DNA of 64,000 nucleotides, taken from contig OU015568.1 of NCBI GenBank assembly GCA_907165135.1, positions 2,480,001-2,544,000 on the forward strand. Reading direction: 5' to 3'. The translations under genes were made by a program, and so were the position numbers. The stretch comes from Oikopleura dioica. Lineage: Eukaryota > Animalia > Chordata. Below are positions 37,714-51,232 of the stretch, piece after piece; the stretch's first letter is position 1, and every line of letters begins with the position of its first letter. The notes beneath the pieces are model-generated. The model had not been told where the DNA came from. It saw only the letters and a list, made by a program, of their open reading frames with translations, and did no database searches.

Positions 37714-38030
37714 ATAAATTTTTACACCTACTGTAGAATTTCCGCGCTTTTCTTTTCTTACTGATTGTGTCCTTTATTGAACCAGTATTCGCGAACTAAG
37801 ATGAAAGGTTAATAAATGATGCAGTATTCGGAAGTTACCTTGGACCGCTCTGTATTGGTTGTATTTGTAGAGATCCTCGAGACGATTTTCCGTGCATTCT
37901 TGAAGACACTCGTCTACGCAGTCAGTGCGGCAGGGTGAACCCAGGGGGCTTCTTTTGTCCCGACTTGAAGTTGGGATTAATAAATTGGTGAAATTAAAGA
38001 TTTCATGAATTTTCCTCAGAGAGGGCATAC
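37700..38030 (-). CDS. Small Cys-containing hypothetical protein
   Basis: CRTDCVDECLQEC motif followed by a gtaac donor. Confidence 0.35.
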
Positions 38031-38457
38031 GAAAAGCTAAGACGGCCGTCCATTGATAATGGGTTCATTCAATCCTTTTCCCCTGTGAACCCAAAAATTG
38101 TTGACTAAACCACTTTATTTGAACTCACCTTAAAAATTCATTTGCCTGCTGTTCGCTGATAGAAAAAGCGGAAATCGCTCCAGCAAGAAAAATGAAAATC
38201 TTCATCGACTCTGTTTATCCGATTCTCGAATATAAACAAGGCGCCTAGGATAAGGCTACCTGCCCTATCTTTTGTTTACTCACAGCTATTTGGATGAATT
38301 ATTATTGAGAAAATCGCACATGGGTGAGAAGGACAAGGTCAGCACTTGAACTTCCCCCTTTTCAAAATGGACGTGAATTACGCTAGTTTATTTCCATATT
38401 TATTATTCTTCGAATTTCGAAGTTCGAAAGGCAATGAAAGTAGCACTAGAATTCTAC

Positions 38458-41400
38458 TTATTTCTTCGTCGATGAAAGCATCGAGCCGCCAGTGAGGGAG
38501 ATAAAGGCTGATGAAGTTTGCTTCTGTTTTCGGCGAAGCATTTCGACGGTGTTGAGCGGAGTATCGGTTGAAGACATTCTCAGCATCGCTTGATCCTGAA
38601 AAAAGAAAGTGAAAACCTTGATTTTCTCATTTTTTCAACTTAGAAAAATATCATGAAATCTGAGAAAATGAGGCTGAATATTAGGAGAAAAGTTTTTAGC
38701 CGTGAAACCGAGAATACCAAGTAAAATATCCTGTCAAAGAAATAAACTGCAAGAGATTGAAATACCTCATCTATTCGCTTTGCCCGCTTTTCTTGCTTCA
38801 TCTTGCCAGAAGTTTTTCCATGGAACTTATGAGATAGGTCCCTAAAAGCCTCCTTTTGAGTCTTCGGTCTACCCATTTCGTCTATATGCTCGACCTGAAA
38901 TCATCATTTTACTATCCAAACGAATTTCGACACTCACAGTAATAGAAGGAACATAGTCTCGTTTCTCGTTGAATGGCATGAGTGAGCCTTTTGAGCGTTC
39001 GCCACCTCTGCTAGAGTCCCTGCGGTACTTGTCTGATGCGTATTTGTCGAGATGATCGACTCGGTTCTTGTCTTCGATTGAATAAACGGAGGCGGAAATT
39101 CGCTCTTTGTGTTTTCCATCGACGGTGATTCCACCAGCCTGAAAGTTATCGATAAAAATATGACAAAAAGCCACAGTAACGGTTAACCGTAATAAATTAA
39201 TGCAAAATCTGCAATTTATTTGAAATAAAAGAAGGTAAAGAAAGATTGGACAAGTGAAACGGCTGACAGGGCATGAGTTCTACCACTACACCATTTGGTT
39301 GGCTTCAGCGCTATCAAACAGGGAAATATTTAATATCTTAGATTTCGGGCATAGAGTTGTTTGCGAAGTTCCTCAAAGTTCGAAAGTCGTTTGGTTTTCT
39401 TTGGACCGAGATTTTTGAACTGCGAGAACCTGTCTTGATTCATGATCCTCGAGTACAACAAATGCATCCGCGCATTGTTCATCCCCCGGTTGAAGCTTGC
39501 CAGGTCGGCGAAGACTGCGACATAAGGCAGAAGGAGGTATTTCATTGAAAGGAACATGTTTTATTGAACTATTGAATTCAAACCCGAGTTTTTATACGGG
39601 AACGGCTATTTTTATACAGTGACCCGATTGAGAAATAAGAAAGAAATTAAATGAAAAATAATAACAAACTCGTGAATAAACGTCAGCACGAGACAAATTA
39701 TAGGTTTCACTTACCTTCGCTGGAAGCTTCCCGTCAACATATCCTTTTTGAAAAGCAACCCGTAGCGCTGAGGCAAGACCACGGCCAGCGAGTGGTTCTT
39801 TTTCGACTCCATCGAGTTCTTGATCGTTCTGAAAAGAATAGTGACTACTTGAAGAGTTGATAAGGGACAGCTTACGATCTTCTTCTTCTCTGGTTTGGCA
39901 TAAGGATCTGCGAGAATTGCGTCAATATCAATTCCATCTTCATCCGAGTCGTCGCCTTTTTTCCCTTGAGCTTCTCTTTCCCGCTCTCGTTGCTCGTATT
40001 TCAGCTCTTTTTCTCGCTCGTGGATCTTTTCTGCATTTGCTTGGCCAACAGCTCTAGGAGAAAAATAAAATTTGAAGAAAACACAAATTCTCTTTTCTTA
40101 CCTGCAGAATTCATCGACGTCATTCAAAACAATTTCCGTTTTGACATCTTTTTCATCGACTCCATCCATCTTCTCTGGCTCCTTATACTTTTCCGAGAGC
40201 TTTGAAATTCTCGCCTTGAGCACCGCTGCTGGATCGGCCATTTCCATCTTGGCTTTGGTTTTGAGAAGACGACGGGTTCGGGCGAGAGCGGAATTCACGA
40301 CAACGTCTTTTTTCACTGTGTCTTCGATGACGTTTTCTTGTGGCTCTGTTTTGACGTCAGCTTCGTCTTTGAGTGATTCTTTTACATTTTTCGCTGAAAA
40401 AAACGATTATTCAGGTTCGTCTGAGTTTCATTACCTGCTGCATTCAGGGTCGCTTGAAGCTCTTCTTCCGTAATTTCAACCTCTTCTTTTACAGCTGGCT
40501 CGACTTCCATCTTATTGTTCTCGTTTTCAACGATGACTGCTTTTCTTTTTCTGCTGCCATGATCTAAAAGAAGCTTACAATTCCTAATTTATGGGCAAAA
40601 ACGGGTACCTTTAGCGAAAACATCAGTCTCAAAATCACGTCTTTCCAAAGTATCATCCATGAGCTCGATTCCTGTTTTTCTTTGACGCACCTTCTTGACC
40701 TTTTTCTTGCGCTTTTTGAAGGCGTTCGCTTCTTCAGGAGTCTTAACGTTTGCTTTATTGGGCACTAAAAATAAATAAAGATATTACCTGATAATCATTG
40801 GCGATTTTCGACTTGATATCATTCAAATTAATGCATCTTTTCGCCAGTTCTTCTCGCATTTGTTTCCGCATTTCCATCGCTACGGTCGAGATCGCACCAT
40901 CCTTGCCGATCATAAACTTCTTCTTCTTCTCCCCATCGATGGTCTCGTTGTATTTCGAAAGCAACAAGTCTTTGCCCATGCCCAGAGCTTCCATTTCCAT
41001 CGCTTCTTCGTCGTACTTCTCCATCGGGTTGTAACCAGTTTTGTCGATTTTTTTCGAGTCTTTGACGTCTTTGACGTATCGCGCTGCTCGCTCGTCATCT
41101 TGCATGTTCACGTTGACGAGAACATCTTCAGATAAGCCCTTTTTCTTGGCTTAGCAACGAGCAAAACTCAAGAAAAGTCGCGTAGCGACTTTCAAAGAGC
41201 TAGCTCATTTTAGAGTCTAAAATTTAGACTCTGTATTACAGGGCCTGTAATATATTTTGGATAAGGATGCTGAGCCCGGCCTTTTCCTCCTCAAGAATCT
41301 TGGAATCCTTGAGCGTGAGAATGACATCTCTACCCTCCCCAAATCGATCAAGATCGTGCTCAACTGTCAACCCAGCGAGAGCGTTTCCAGAATACGCCTT

Positions 41401-41823
41401 CGCCTTCATTTCTTCTTCAATGATTTTACGCTCTTCTTCCATTTCTGCTTCTCGTGCCCTGATCGCTGCTTCTTTCCGCTCAGCCTTGGCTTTTTCTTTG
41501 TGAATTTTCCTCGATCTCTTGACCCAAGATTTTATATCGTCTTCTCCGTCTGATTCTCCAAGACCCTTCACCTTGCTCAATTTCGAATCAATATCTCGAC
41601 GCTTTTTTCGTTTCTCGAGTTTCTCGCGAATCTTTTCCGACTTTTTGTCTTCTGTGATGTTTTTCGCGGGTTTGTGATGGAACCGAGTTCCATCGCTGCC
41701 AAGAATGCGGCCGTCATCTTTTGGCGCATCAGAATGGACCTCCAGAGGAGCGAGACCAAGCTTTGCACGGAGCTTGTTAGTCTCCTCGATCGTCATTGTT
41801 TCCGCTCCATCGTTGTCCGCCAT
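38458..41823 (-). CDS. SART1: U4/U6.U5 tri-snRNP-associated protein 1 (Snu66)
   Basis: MTIEETNKLRAKLGLAPL; EPLAGRGLASAL; KEAFRDLSHKFHGKTSGKMKQEKR; MSSTDTPLNTVEMLRRKQ. Confidence 0.93.
39330..39557 (-). CDS. Small secreted basic peptide gene nested in a SART1 intron
   Basis: Signal MKYLLLPYVAVFA; intronless; TATAAAAA at ~39589-39596; lies in intron 39139-39714. Confidence 0.6.
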   Translation of the reverse strand: MFLSMKYLLLPYVAVFADLASFNRGMNNARMHLLYSRIMNQDRFSQFKNLGPKKTKRLSNFEELRKQLYARNLRY

Positions 41824-42006
41824 TCTGAAATTTAAACCTTTTCTGTTGCCCTTCCCAAGTATCAAGAAGAAATTGAACCTTCCCTTCCGTGTTTAACATA
41901 ATCGAACTTTCTAGCTTCTCTGCAAGAGCCGCGCTTTTGTGACCCGGCAGTTGACTTGATTAAAACGAACAGAATTTGAGGATTTACAATTTTATTCCGA
42001 GTAAAT

Positions 42007-43031
42007 TCAAGAATACGACCACAGAGCAACTTTTTTATCATAAAAAGAACAGGTCGAAATAAATTTCTTCTCTTCAATCCAGCAGCCTCCATACGAGATA
42101 GAACTATGGCAGTCGGACTTCTCGAGTTCTTTCATTTTGTGCGAGCCGCTGACTTGGATGAGTCGAGAGTTTTCGTACATACACGGGACGACCAAATGAC
42201 TTCCATCACTTTTCCAACGCGTTCGCCACACTCCACCGCCGAGATGTTGCTCGTCAAGGGGTGATTTCCAATTCCGAGTGTCCCACAGACGAATTGTATC
42301 GTCATAACCGCCTGAATTTCATGATTATGTAAAACGGGTTCGACATTTTTTTACCTTGAGCGATGATGTTTTCGTCGATCGGGCTCCATTCGCAAGAAGT
42401 CTGTCCGCACATAAACTTCTTTCTCACTATTGTTTCATGACTTCTGAGATCCCAAAGACAGAAACAAGAGTCATCACCGCCCGTGAACATTGTCTCGTTA
42501 GGTCCAAGAGCAACTATCCAAGCTTCTGCATCATCGTGGACTCCCAACCAAGCGGTTTCTTCTAGCGTTTGCTTGTCGACAATAGAAACGGATCTAAACA
42601 AACTTCATGTATTGTCTCTACACTCCGTCCTACCCAACTGAAGAAGAAACAGCCACAGAAGTGTCTTTAATCGCCAGGGACAAGCACAAACCCTGCGACG
42701 TCTGGAATCTCTTTTCAATCTTCTTTTCTTTCGGATCTACCACGGAAATGAAGCCATTAGAATCTACAGCGTAAAGCTTCCCACAAACTTGATCATACTT
42801 CATGTCCAAAATCGCCGCACAGTTCAGATCGTGCTCCTTTTTGTACTTTCCCTGTACATCTATCGAGTAAAACTCAATCTTTCCTCTTCGCTCTGAGGTT
42901 TCGCCGTCAACGAGTTCGTAACATCCGACCGCTAGAAGCTCTTGATCTGGGATCCATTCGACGGAACAGGCTGGCATTTCTGCATCGATCAGATCGGACT
43001 GTTTCCACGACAGGCTTTCTGCTTCCGTCAT
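42007..43031 (-). CDS. DPH7: Diphthine methylesterase (WDR85), WD40
   Basis: ACSVEW..LLAVGCYEL..RRGKI; HDDAEAWI..TGGDD; GGGVWRTRW; SISYGGCW; STCSFYDK. Confidence 0.9.
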
Positions 43032-43271
43032 TCTTGATAAAATGCGTTGGAATTGATAGAAAAGCGATGCAAAATGAAATTTGACTGCTTATATGATCAT
43101 TTTGTACCGAAAATGATCATGAAAAGACTGATTGATGAGTTAGACGGAGATGTATTGAACAGAAAATTGTATCCTAAATTGCTGAGTACACAGGAGCAAC
43201 AGACAGGTTTTATATTCTAGAGCAAGAGATGAACTTGGTACAAACAGTAGCAATTGATTGTTTTTCTATTT

Positions 43272-44404
43272 CTATCGCTGTCGTCTAAGGAACTCGGGCT
43301 TGGAGGCTTCGGTGGCGCTCTCCTTCTTTCGGTTCTCGGACCATTCGACGGAGAGGATGAGGTTGTCGTAACCGTAGCGGTTCATCGTGTCAATAGCGCG
43401 TTGAGCATCGTCGCGATGGTGGAAGTTGATGAATGCGAAGCCACGGGACTCGTTCGTTCGTCGATCACGGCCTTGAAAAGATCATGAATCGAGAAGAGCT
43501 TGAGCGAAAGCTTACCCAAATGAATTCTAGCAATTTTGCCAAATTTGGAGAAGAGGGACTGAACGTCGTCCTGAGTAGCGGCGGGGGAGAGGTTCGAAAC
43601 TCGGATAGCGGGGACTTCGTCGGAGAAACCACCGCCCATTTTGCGCGGAGGAACGTATTTTCCGCCGGTGGCATCTTTGATACTGACGCTCGGGATGTCC
43701 TAGAAAATTTTTAGCGCTGGCTTCTTTTTAGAGAAAACAGTGAGTGAAGAAAAAGCTAGTTAGTTTGTTCCAATGCGAATAAGAAAACTGCAACTTTCAA
43801 AATATACCTCTTCGAATGAGAGCTAAAATGAAAAAAGGACTACATTTATCGAGTCTAGTGCTGAATTTACCATTTGAGCGGCAGCTGGTCGATCGCTAGA
43901 GCGCTGTGAGAAGCCCTGGAAGAAGTTGAAATACTCAAACTGTCGCTTGAACTTGTTCATCTGCTCGTCCTCCTCTTCAGCTTCTTCTTCGGTCTGGTCC
44001 GCGGCAATAAATCGCATCATGACTTCTTCTCCGTACATTGTCGTCGCTTCCTGTGGTCCTAAAGAAGGGATATCGCTATACACGGCCTCTAACTCTTTAC
44101 CTGGTCCATCATTAGCAGCAAGGCCAAACTTGGCCCACTTCTTTCTCGCCGCCACTCGCTTGGAAGTCTTCACTTTTTCTTGAACAAAAGTTCTTGTCAC
44201 TTTGACAAGCTCTTTTTTGTCAGTCGACTCGTTCTCCCGCCACTTGTAGAAGATCTTGATGATTTGGTCGCCCTTTTCAATCACTTTTGGTGGCGGCAAC
44301 GCGTCTTAAAATACATGGTTTTAAGAGGATTTCAGTCCTTTCTTACCGTCGGCGACTGCAGAAGGTGATCCAAGATCAATCGAGTCATCGGCCCAGTCGG
44401 TCAT
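43272..44404 (-). CDS. EIF3G: Eukaryotic translation initiation factor 3 subunit G
   Basis: DWADD; VAARKKWAKFG..DGPG; RRM AIRVSNLS..GFAFINF..YGYDNLILSVEW. Confidence 0.93.
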
Positions 44405-44511
44405 TCTAAAATTTCAAAAGTCAGGAATCATTCATTTTCTTCAGAAAACTTCTAGGCAGGAAAAATTTAACGCGCAAAAAACGGAGATTCTTCATCTTCG
44501 ACAAAACGAAT

Positions 44512-45395
44512 CTACTCTTCTTCTTCAGAAGCACTGGTTCGGTCATCGTTTGAGCGAAATGATTCTCGGAATTGAAGGAGCAGTTTCTGTGTATCTTCAA
44601 GAATTCGGGTTTGGTTGGTTTCTGAGAGGTAGGAAGGGTCGATTCGGACCAAGGATTTGCCGATTTGAACTAACAGCTCTAGAAAAAATATCGAAAAGAG
44701 GTTTGAAAAGGAGACTTTTACCTTGATCAAGAACAGCGACATCATCCTTTGCGTTGATTATCTTCCGAATCGCGAATTCTTGAACTTTCGCGTAGCTCTC
44801 CCCGAACTGAGCTTTGACTTTTTCGCGCTCTGCTTCTCGTGATTCTCGAAGTTCTTCCATGACTTTCTCGTTTTCTTCATCGCAGAAGTCCTCGCAAAGT
44901 TGTTGAATTTGATGCTCGATTTCTTTATACGGATTTCTGAAAGATTCTAGCCCCCTGTTCTTTGCAGAAGAGCCTTACCGAATGGGAATGGAATTGGAGG
45001 GGACTTGGTTGTAGTATTCTAGCTCGTTTTGGAAGCTGTGAGGCGTCATTTTCCAGTCGTTAAGGGCCTTGATCATGCGTTGAATATGCAGAGGTTTGCC
45101 GGTCATTCCAAGCATTTCCACGACTTGGCTCAAATCCTCGTCCTGAATTGACAAAAAATGAAGGTTTCTAGGGACCTTTATGTAGTTTCACCGAGAAAAA
45201 TGAAGAAAAATAAATTTTCTTCCACATATTTTATCATAAAAGTGCTAGATAAGTACTTACATTCAACATGGCCAAATACTCGACATTATCACCGCCTAGT
45301 TCCACCAATCCTTGATAGTAACACAGCAAATCTGCTCTTTTCAATACCAAATATGTCTGTAGCTGACCCAATGTCTCTAATTTGATTTCACTCAT
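44512..45395 (-). CDS. NAB: NGFI-A-binding (NAB) corepressor homolog, NCD1 domain
   Basis: ETLGQLQTYLVLKRADLLCYY..LGGDNV..LGMTGKPLHIQRMIKALNDW matches the NAB NCD1 pattern. Confidence 0.8.
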
Positions 45396-45717
45396 TTTGA
45401 ATAGTGTCAGCAGGAATTCAAAAAGAAATAAAATTGGATGAGTAATTCCGTCCAGCGCGTGGGAACCAAGCGTGGGAATGACTGAAAAAAGTCCTCCGGC
45501 GGCTGGAAGAGTAGAAAATACTGGAAGACTTAAGAATTTTTTGCTTACGAATCATAAGCTGCTTATGGTTCATGATTCTTAATTTATGAATTATTATTAA
45601 GCGCTTAAACTTTTCAGTTATTTTGTTAAGTATTTTATTAAATAAAGAGTACAGTCTTATTGTAGTGAATTATAGAACAGATTTATTGCTTGAATCGCCA
45701 AAAAGGGTTTCATCAAC

Positions 45718-46486
45718 TCAGAAAATGCTTGCAACTTCAGATGTATACCAGGGAGCATTATCTTGCTCGAGCGCCCAAGCGGCAAGACGAGTTTCCATGT
45801 TGTCGGCGTAAGATTCCTGGGCGGTGAAGAGAGTTTCGGCTTTTACTGCAATTTCCTCGCCATAGATGGTATTCGAGGATGAATCTCCCATCTTGTGGCA
45901 GAAGGTGCATTTGATAGATCTACTGAATCTTTTTCGGAATGGGCTTTCGAGAGTTGTTGTCGAAGCACACTGATGACGAAGCTTTACGGATCCGACGAAG
46001 TTTTGCTTTTCTTGAGCTTGACAAGAGGATTTCAAAGCGCAGCCGGAATAAAATTTCAAGCTACCACCGATTTCTAAATTATAGCTTTTTTCGATTAATT
46101 TTGTTTATTTTAATGAACTATCATGATTCTCATTTCGTTTTCTCATGATTCTTCATTACTTTAATGTTTAGTATTAATAAAAAATTACCTTTTTCCCATC
46201 TCATTTCACAAACCATTTGGTCATCAATGCCAGCGTCAGAATAATTGTCGCAATTTCCAATGGCCGAATTTCTGCAAGTTACGTAATCCACGCCATTACA
46301 GAATCTACATTTGTTGTAGTTATATCCCCCTTCAATCAGGCCTTTTGTCAGGTTAACGGCAGCAATTGCGAGGGTTTGAAATGGCCGTTGAGACTCATCA
46401 TCAGATGGGTCGAAGTCAGTTCCTTCGGAGTAGTCGTTCTGACCAAGAACGGTGGCGAAGAAAGAGAATGCGAAAAATTTAATCAT
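45718..46486 (-). CDS. Secreted Cys-rich (three-finger-like, oikosin-type) protein
   Basis: Signal peptide; CRFC..C..C..CEMR..GC..C..QNF..QC..CTFC. Confidence 0.65.
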
Positions 46487-46861
46487 TTTGATTTCTTTTA
46501 AATCCGAAAAGTTTATTCTTGATATTTGATAAAGAAATGATCAGTATGTTCGAGTTTTATACTATCACATATACTAGGTGGCACTCGTTTCTATTTTCAT
46601 TCTGTGAATGTCAATGCTTCGGCCGCGTAAGCTGTGAGAAGGTTGTATCTTTAACTCTTGACATTTGGAAGATCGCGACATCCAGTCTCAGGATAAGCCA
46701 AAGCCTAAATTTTATCCAATCAAGTTGGTTACATGTTCAAGCTGATATTTTTGAAGAACATGAAAGTGACGACTGTAAGAGGATTTCTTATTTGCAACTT
46801 GCGGTATTTGCAAATTGCCGTATTTCTTCATCGACATCAAATATAGAAACGTCAAGACGCG

Positions 46862-47450
46862 TTAGTAATCTTTGAGTCCAAGTTTATTCCTCGCAGAATC
46901 AATATCAGTCAGTAAATATATTCTCACATCATCATCCTGTCTTTGCCAGAGCATTTCCCCTTCAAAGTCCAAAAAGCCATATTTTCTAGCTCTGAGAAGA
47001 ATGCCCACGACTTTGTCTGATATTTTCACATATCTATCGAATATTTGCTTAAATGTACAGTAAAGACCGTCTGGGCTGTCAGAGCAAAGGGATTTGACGT
47101 GTCCGAGCAAGCAGATAATTTCTTTGTAGACATGATTTTTTGCTTTTTCGCCGCGCTGCTTTGTCAAGCCTACTGGCTCGCCATAACCTGCTTCTCCTTT
47201 TTTGATGTGGACGAGGGAGGGGTCGTAGTCGCGGTTGAACGGGTTGCGCTTGGAAATTGCTTCTTGCTCATCGCCCCATTTTTTGAAACCTTTCAAGAGG
47301 TCCTTTACTCCACCGCCATTTCCTCCGACTACAAAGGAGTGTTGATAATTTTAAGCTTGTTTCTTGTAAAAAATTTGAATGTTTCTTTCCCGGGATTGAT
47401 TTTTTACCTCGAAAATCTCGTTTTTGTTCAGGAGCTTCGTACTCAGCCAT
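46862..47450 (-). CDS. ABRA: Actin-binding Rho-activating protein (Costars domain)
   Basis: NPF..GYGEP..RGEKA; FKQIFDRYVKISDKVVGILLRARKYGFLDFEGEMLWQRQDDDVRI. Confidence 0.9.
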
Positions 47451-49027
47451 AAAATTCTCGATCAGTTTTCTTCCTTGATTTCAAAATTTTCTTCAAATTT
47501 TGTTGAGATTCTCAAAAACAAGTTCAATAATTCAATCGAGAAGAAGCGCGCGCATAAAAAGACAGAGAGCTTATCACGCCTGAGGGGAGTGACTCAGCGG
47601 GTGACCAGAATAATTCTGGACGCGTCTAGTTTAAGACTTCTACTCTTGAAAGATCGGAAAATCTTGTTATGTTCTTGAAGAGTTTATTGTAAAAGTAATG
47701 GTTAAAATGAGTAAGCATAGTCTCCATTGACATCTGACCCTTTCAAATGGTTCAAAACTGATTTCCTCGAAGGATTTCTTGATGTAAATATTTTGACCAT
47801 TTTCCTAAATTATGCAAGAGCTCAAGAATCCCAGCGTCTGCATTTGGTCCACTTCGTAAGTGTCCGTTCTCATCAAGAAGCCGTTTTCCCTCTAAAAATG
47901 ATCATGATTGAAGTCAAAATTAGGCAAACAACAAACCTGATAAATTGAAGATCAATAAAAATGAGCTGAAGTTCATTTTTATTCCTTTTTTTCGATCCGG
48001 CGGTTTCTGAAATTATGATGAAAAACGAAAAATTATTTATTTGATTGAGGATAAATCGACTTACGAAGGTAGAAAAAAAAGAGATTTCAAATCTTAATTC
48101 TTCTCTTGAATCTCAATTTGTTCTGATGACAAGGTGATGCATTCGAGTGCATTTTATATGCTCTTTTGATTTATAAATTTTTGAATAAATGCAGCAACGT
48201 ACTTATTTATTTATCAAAAAAGTGGAGTTGAATGAAGTTGAAAACCGCGGCTTTTGTCATCTCATAAATGACAAAAAAATACTGACTTTTTGAATCAGTT
48301 CATTTCACATCGAAAAAGTTTGCAAGAAAATGAAGCGGGAATAATTTAATCATTCACTTGTCAAATTAATTTATTTCGACCTTTTTTGATTGAAAAGAGC
48401 AGAACTGTAACTAAGAAAAATTCTCTTATTACCTGAAGGACGAAAAAAGCCTTTTTCTCTTTCTTTGATTGATCTGAAAAAACGCCTTATATGGCCGTCT
48501 CAATATATGGTCTGCTGCCAAGAACGTAATAAGAAGATGAATTCAATATGCTTCATTTCGATATGTGTGAAATAAGGATCTCCGAGCGCCTAAGATTTGG
48601 AAAGCGGCTTGTCTGTTCAGACGTTCCGGGCTTTAATTATTCCTTTTCTATTCTTATTATTGGAAATCACACGAAAAAAAGAATATCTAATATTAGTTTG
48701 AACATCAAAAAATGATCAAAGGGATAATCACTGCAAAATTTTTACTGAAAAAGAGAATTTTAGGACATTTCTTCGACAACTTTCATGTTAAAATTTGGGT
48801 CAAATTCAAGGCTTGCCAAATCAAAAAGGCTGAAATTTCAGACCTATTCGCCCTAAAACTCTAAGCTATATATTCAAGTTCTTGATCTGACTATGAAAAA
48901 CGTAGCGTTTTTTATGATGGACCTTTTTATGTTCCTATCTCATGCTCAGCATTTTATAAAAGAATCGCCCTGACTCAAAACTCGCTGGTTTTTAATTGCG
49001 AGCATTATTTTTTAGAAACCAAGAGAA

Positions 49028-50704
49028 ATGTTCAAGGTCAGTGTGATATTTGTAGACAGTCCTTTTTTCTTGCGAATATTTCGAAAATAGATATGGACAA
49101 GTGTTATTTTTATTTTCAATAATTTTGTGTGCAAATATTATTGCTTTCTCGTCGATAAAGATAATATAGCGACATGACCTCTTGAATCGTTAATGCTCTC
49201 TCTGAGAAGTTAAGAGGTTTGGCAGGTCGTGGATTTGTCAGCTCAGATCTGACTTTTACATATGCTTTTTGCTTGTAATTAATGTGAAGTTCAAGTGTCT
49301 TCAATTGCTTGTGGCGATTTCAGTGGCTCAGAATTGCAATAGGGACGATTTCGCTAGTGTTGATTGTTCACATTACAGTTTTCAAGTGACGATTAATCAG
49401 AGTTGCTTCGACCAGGAAGGATTTCAAACAAATAAAGCCAAAAAAAGTAGAAATCGAGATTCGAATCCACAAAAAAGCATTGGAATAGAGGAGAAGCATG
49501 GACGGAAACGATCATCTTTGGTAACTCAAACGAGGAAACCTGCGAGTTCAATGTTTTTGACCAAGGATCAGATGTTATCGAAAGTAAGGAAGAAAGGAAC
49601 GCTACTATCTTTTTCGTCATTCAGTAAAATTCGATAGCTGTGAGGTCCTTCCCGGCTATCCCGACGCGAACAACAAGTCCATCATCGACTTCAATCTTGA
49701 CGGAAATGTCCTTGAAACTTTAAACGTAATAAATAATCAACAAGCAAAAATCTTCAAAAATTTAGGGAGACTCACCGATTGAAAGCTTCTTTGGGTTCAA
49801 TTTCAAGTGCGAATTTACTGGCGCTACTGAATTGGAAGAACTCACGGTCTGATACCCTGAAACCTGGATTTTAAAATCGTTTTTTTAGAATATTTACGGG
49901 GCAGATATCATCACAAATAATGTAACTGGCGTACTTGACTCCTCGGTTCTCCCGTCTCCGAGCACTTGCGCAGTTCAAAATAATAGATGTCATCCGAATA
50001 ATAATTTGCAACTTGGAAACAATTTTATAATTGATTTTTACGATGCTGTCAACACTGGTCTCCATTTTCGAATTGAAAGTATTTGGGTTGGGTAAGAATA
50101 CATCATTATAATGAGAAGACAATATTTGTTTCCTATAAAAAAAAATGAATTGTTTTTTAGTCCGGCTGAGGGCGCAAAAACGATCCAATTAGTCGAAGAC
50201 GGCTGCACAACAGCTTCATTTGCATCAACTAGTACGATGGACGTTTTTGGCCTCTTTCTTATATGGGAAGCCTTCAAATTCCAGTCGTCAGAATCTGCCC
50301 ATTTTACGGTCAATTCAACGTTGATAATTACATGACATTAGCATACGTTATTTTAGATACAAATTGATCTTTGCAATCCCGAAGACGAAATATACTGCAA
50401 AGGCATTACAAATTGCCTTAGCGGAATCGGTAACCTGGCTCTTTTTGAACAGATGCTTGCTAGCACTAATGGAAGAAAACGACGATCAGATGAGGCAGAA
50501 AACGATACTGCTTCGCGCCATAATTACCAAAAAGCTAAAGTAAGATATGATTTGTAAAAATAGAAATAATAAAGTGGTCTTAGGATGTTAACGTCCAAAT
50601 TAATGTTCCAAAAAACGCAATGGTTGTCGAAAACAATTCCTTTGGAGAAACGATTATACTCCTCCAACGAAAAAATGACCAAAGCAGCGCTGCTTGTCAT
50701 TTAA
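49028..50704 (+). CDS. ZP-like domain protein with furin site and hydrophobic C-terminus, paralog A
   Basis: MFK|CLQLL signal; FASVDCSHYSFQVTINQSCF; CNPEDEIYC; GRKRRS. Confidence 0.6.
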
Positions 50705-50790
50705 TTTCTTCAAGCTGCATTCTGTTTTTTCTGATATTTTCAATTTAAATTTGAAAATGAAATTGATACTCGTAAAAAATAAACCACATA

Positions 50791-51199
50791 CAGTTTTTTA
50801 TGGAATTTCTGGACATCAAATTTCTGGACATCTTTCGGATTTTAAGGGATTTTTGTGGGACAAATTTCAAGAGAGTGTGTATCAAATTTCTGGACATTTT
50901 TTCTCAACAGATATCTTCGACATCTAAATTTATGGTCAAACTTGAGTTATTGATGCCAATATAATCTATAAAGAGCTGTGTTTCTTCGAAAATCTTATGA
51001 TATAATAAGATAGGCGGCTAAAGCTCATTTCTTTTATTGTTTTTCAGTAATTCTTTTGAAAAAATCGTAAATTTTTTTTTCTCGAAAAATTTTTAAGCAA
51101 TTTTGTTGGGACATTTTTCTCAAGGCTCTGTATCAAATATCTGGACATTTTCGGGAAAAATGGGGGACAAAAAATGTCCAGAAATTCCATAATTAACTG
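50791..51199. mobile_element. Tc1/mariner-like MITE (409 bp)
   Basis: TIR CAGTTWWTTATGGAATTTCTGGACA at both ends; TA TSD (50789-50790, 51200-51201); internal TTTCTGGACAT repeats. Confidence 0.85.
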
Positions 51200-51232
51200 T
51201 ATAAGATCAGATTAGATAAATTTCTAATCTCA

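Noticed and set aside
39255-39303. tRNA-like A-box (TGGTGTAGTGGTAG) on the minus strand in the SART1 intron
   Set aside because: No B-box/T-loop (GTTCRA) and no pairing anticodon or acceptor stems; at most a fragment
47680-49000. AT-rich stretch with short ORF fragments
   Set aside because: No consistent exon chain, TIR or repeat structure could be supported
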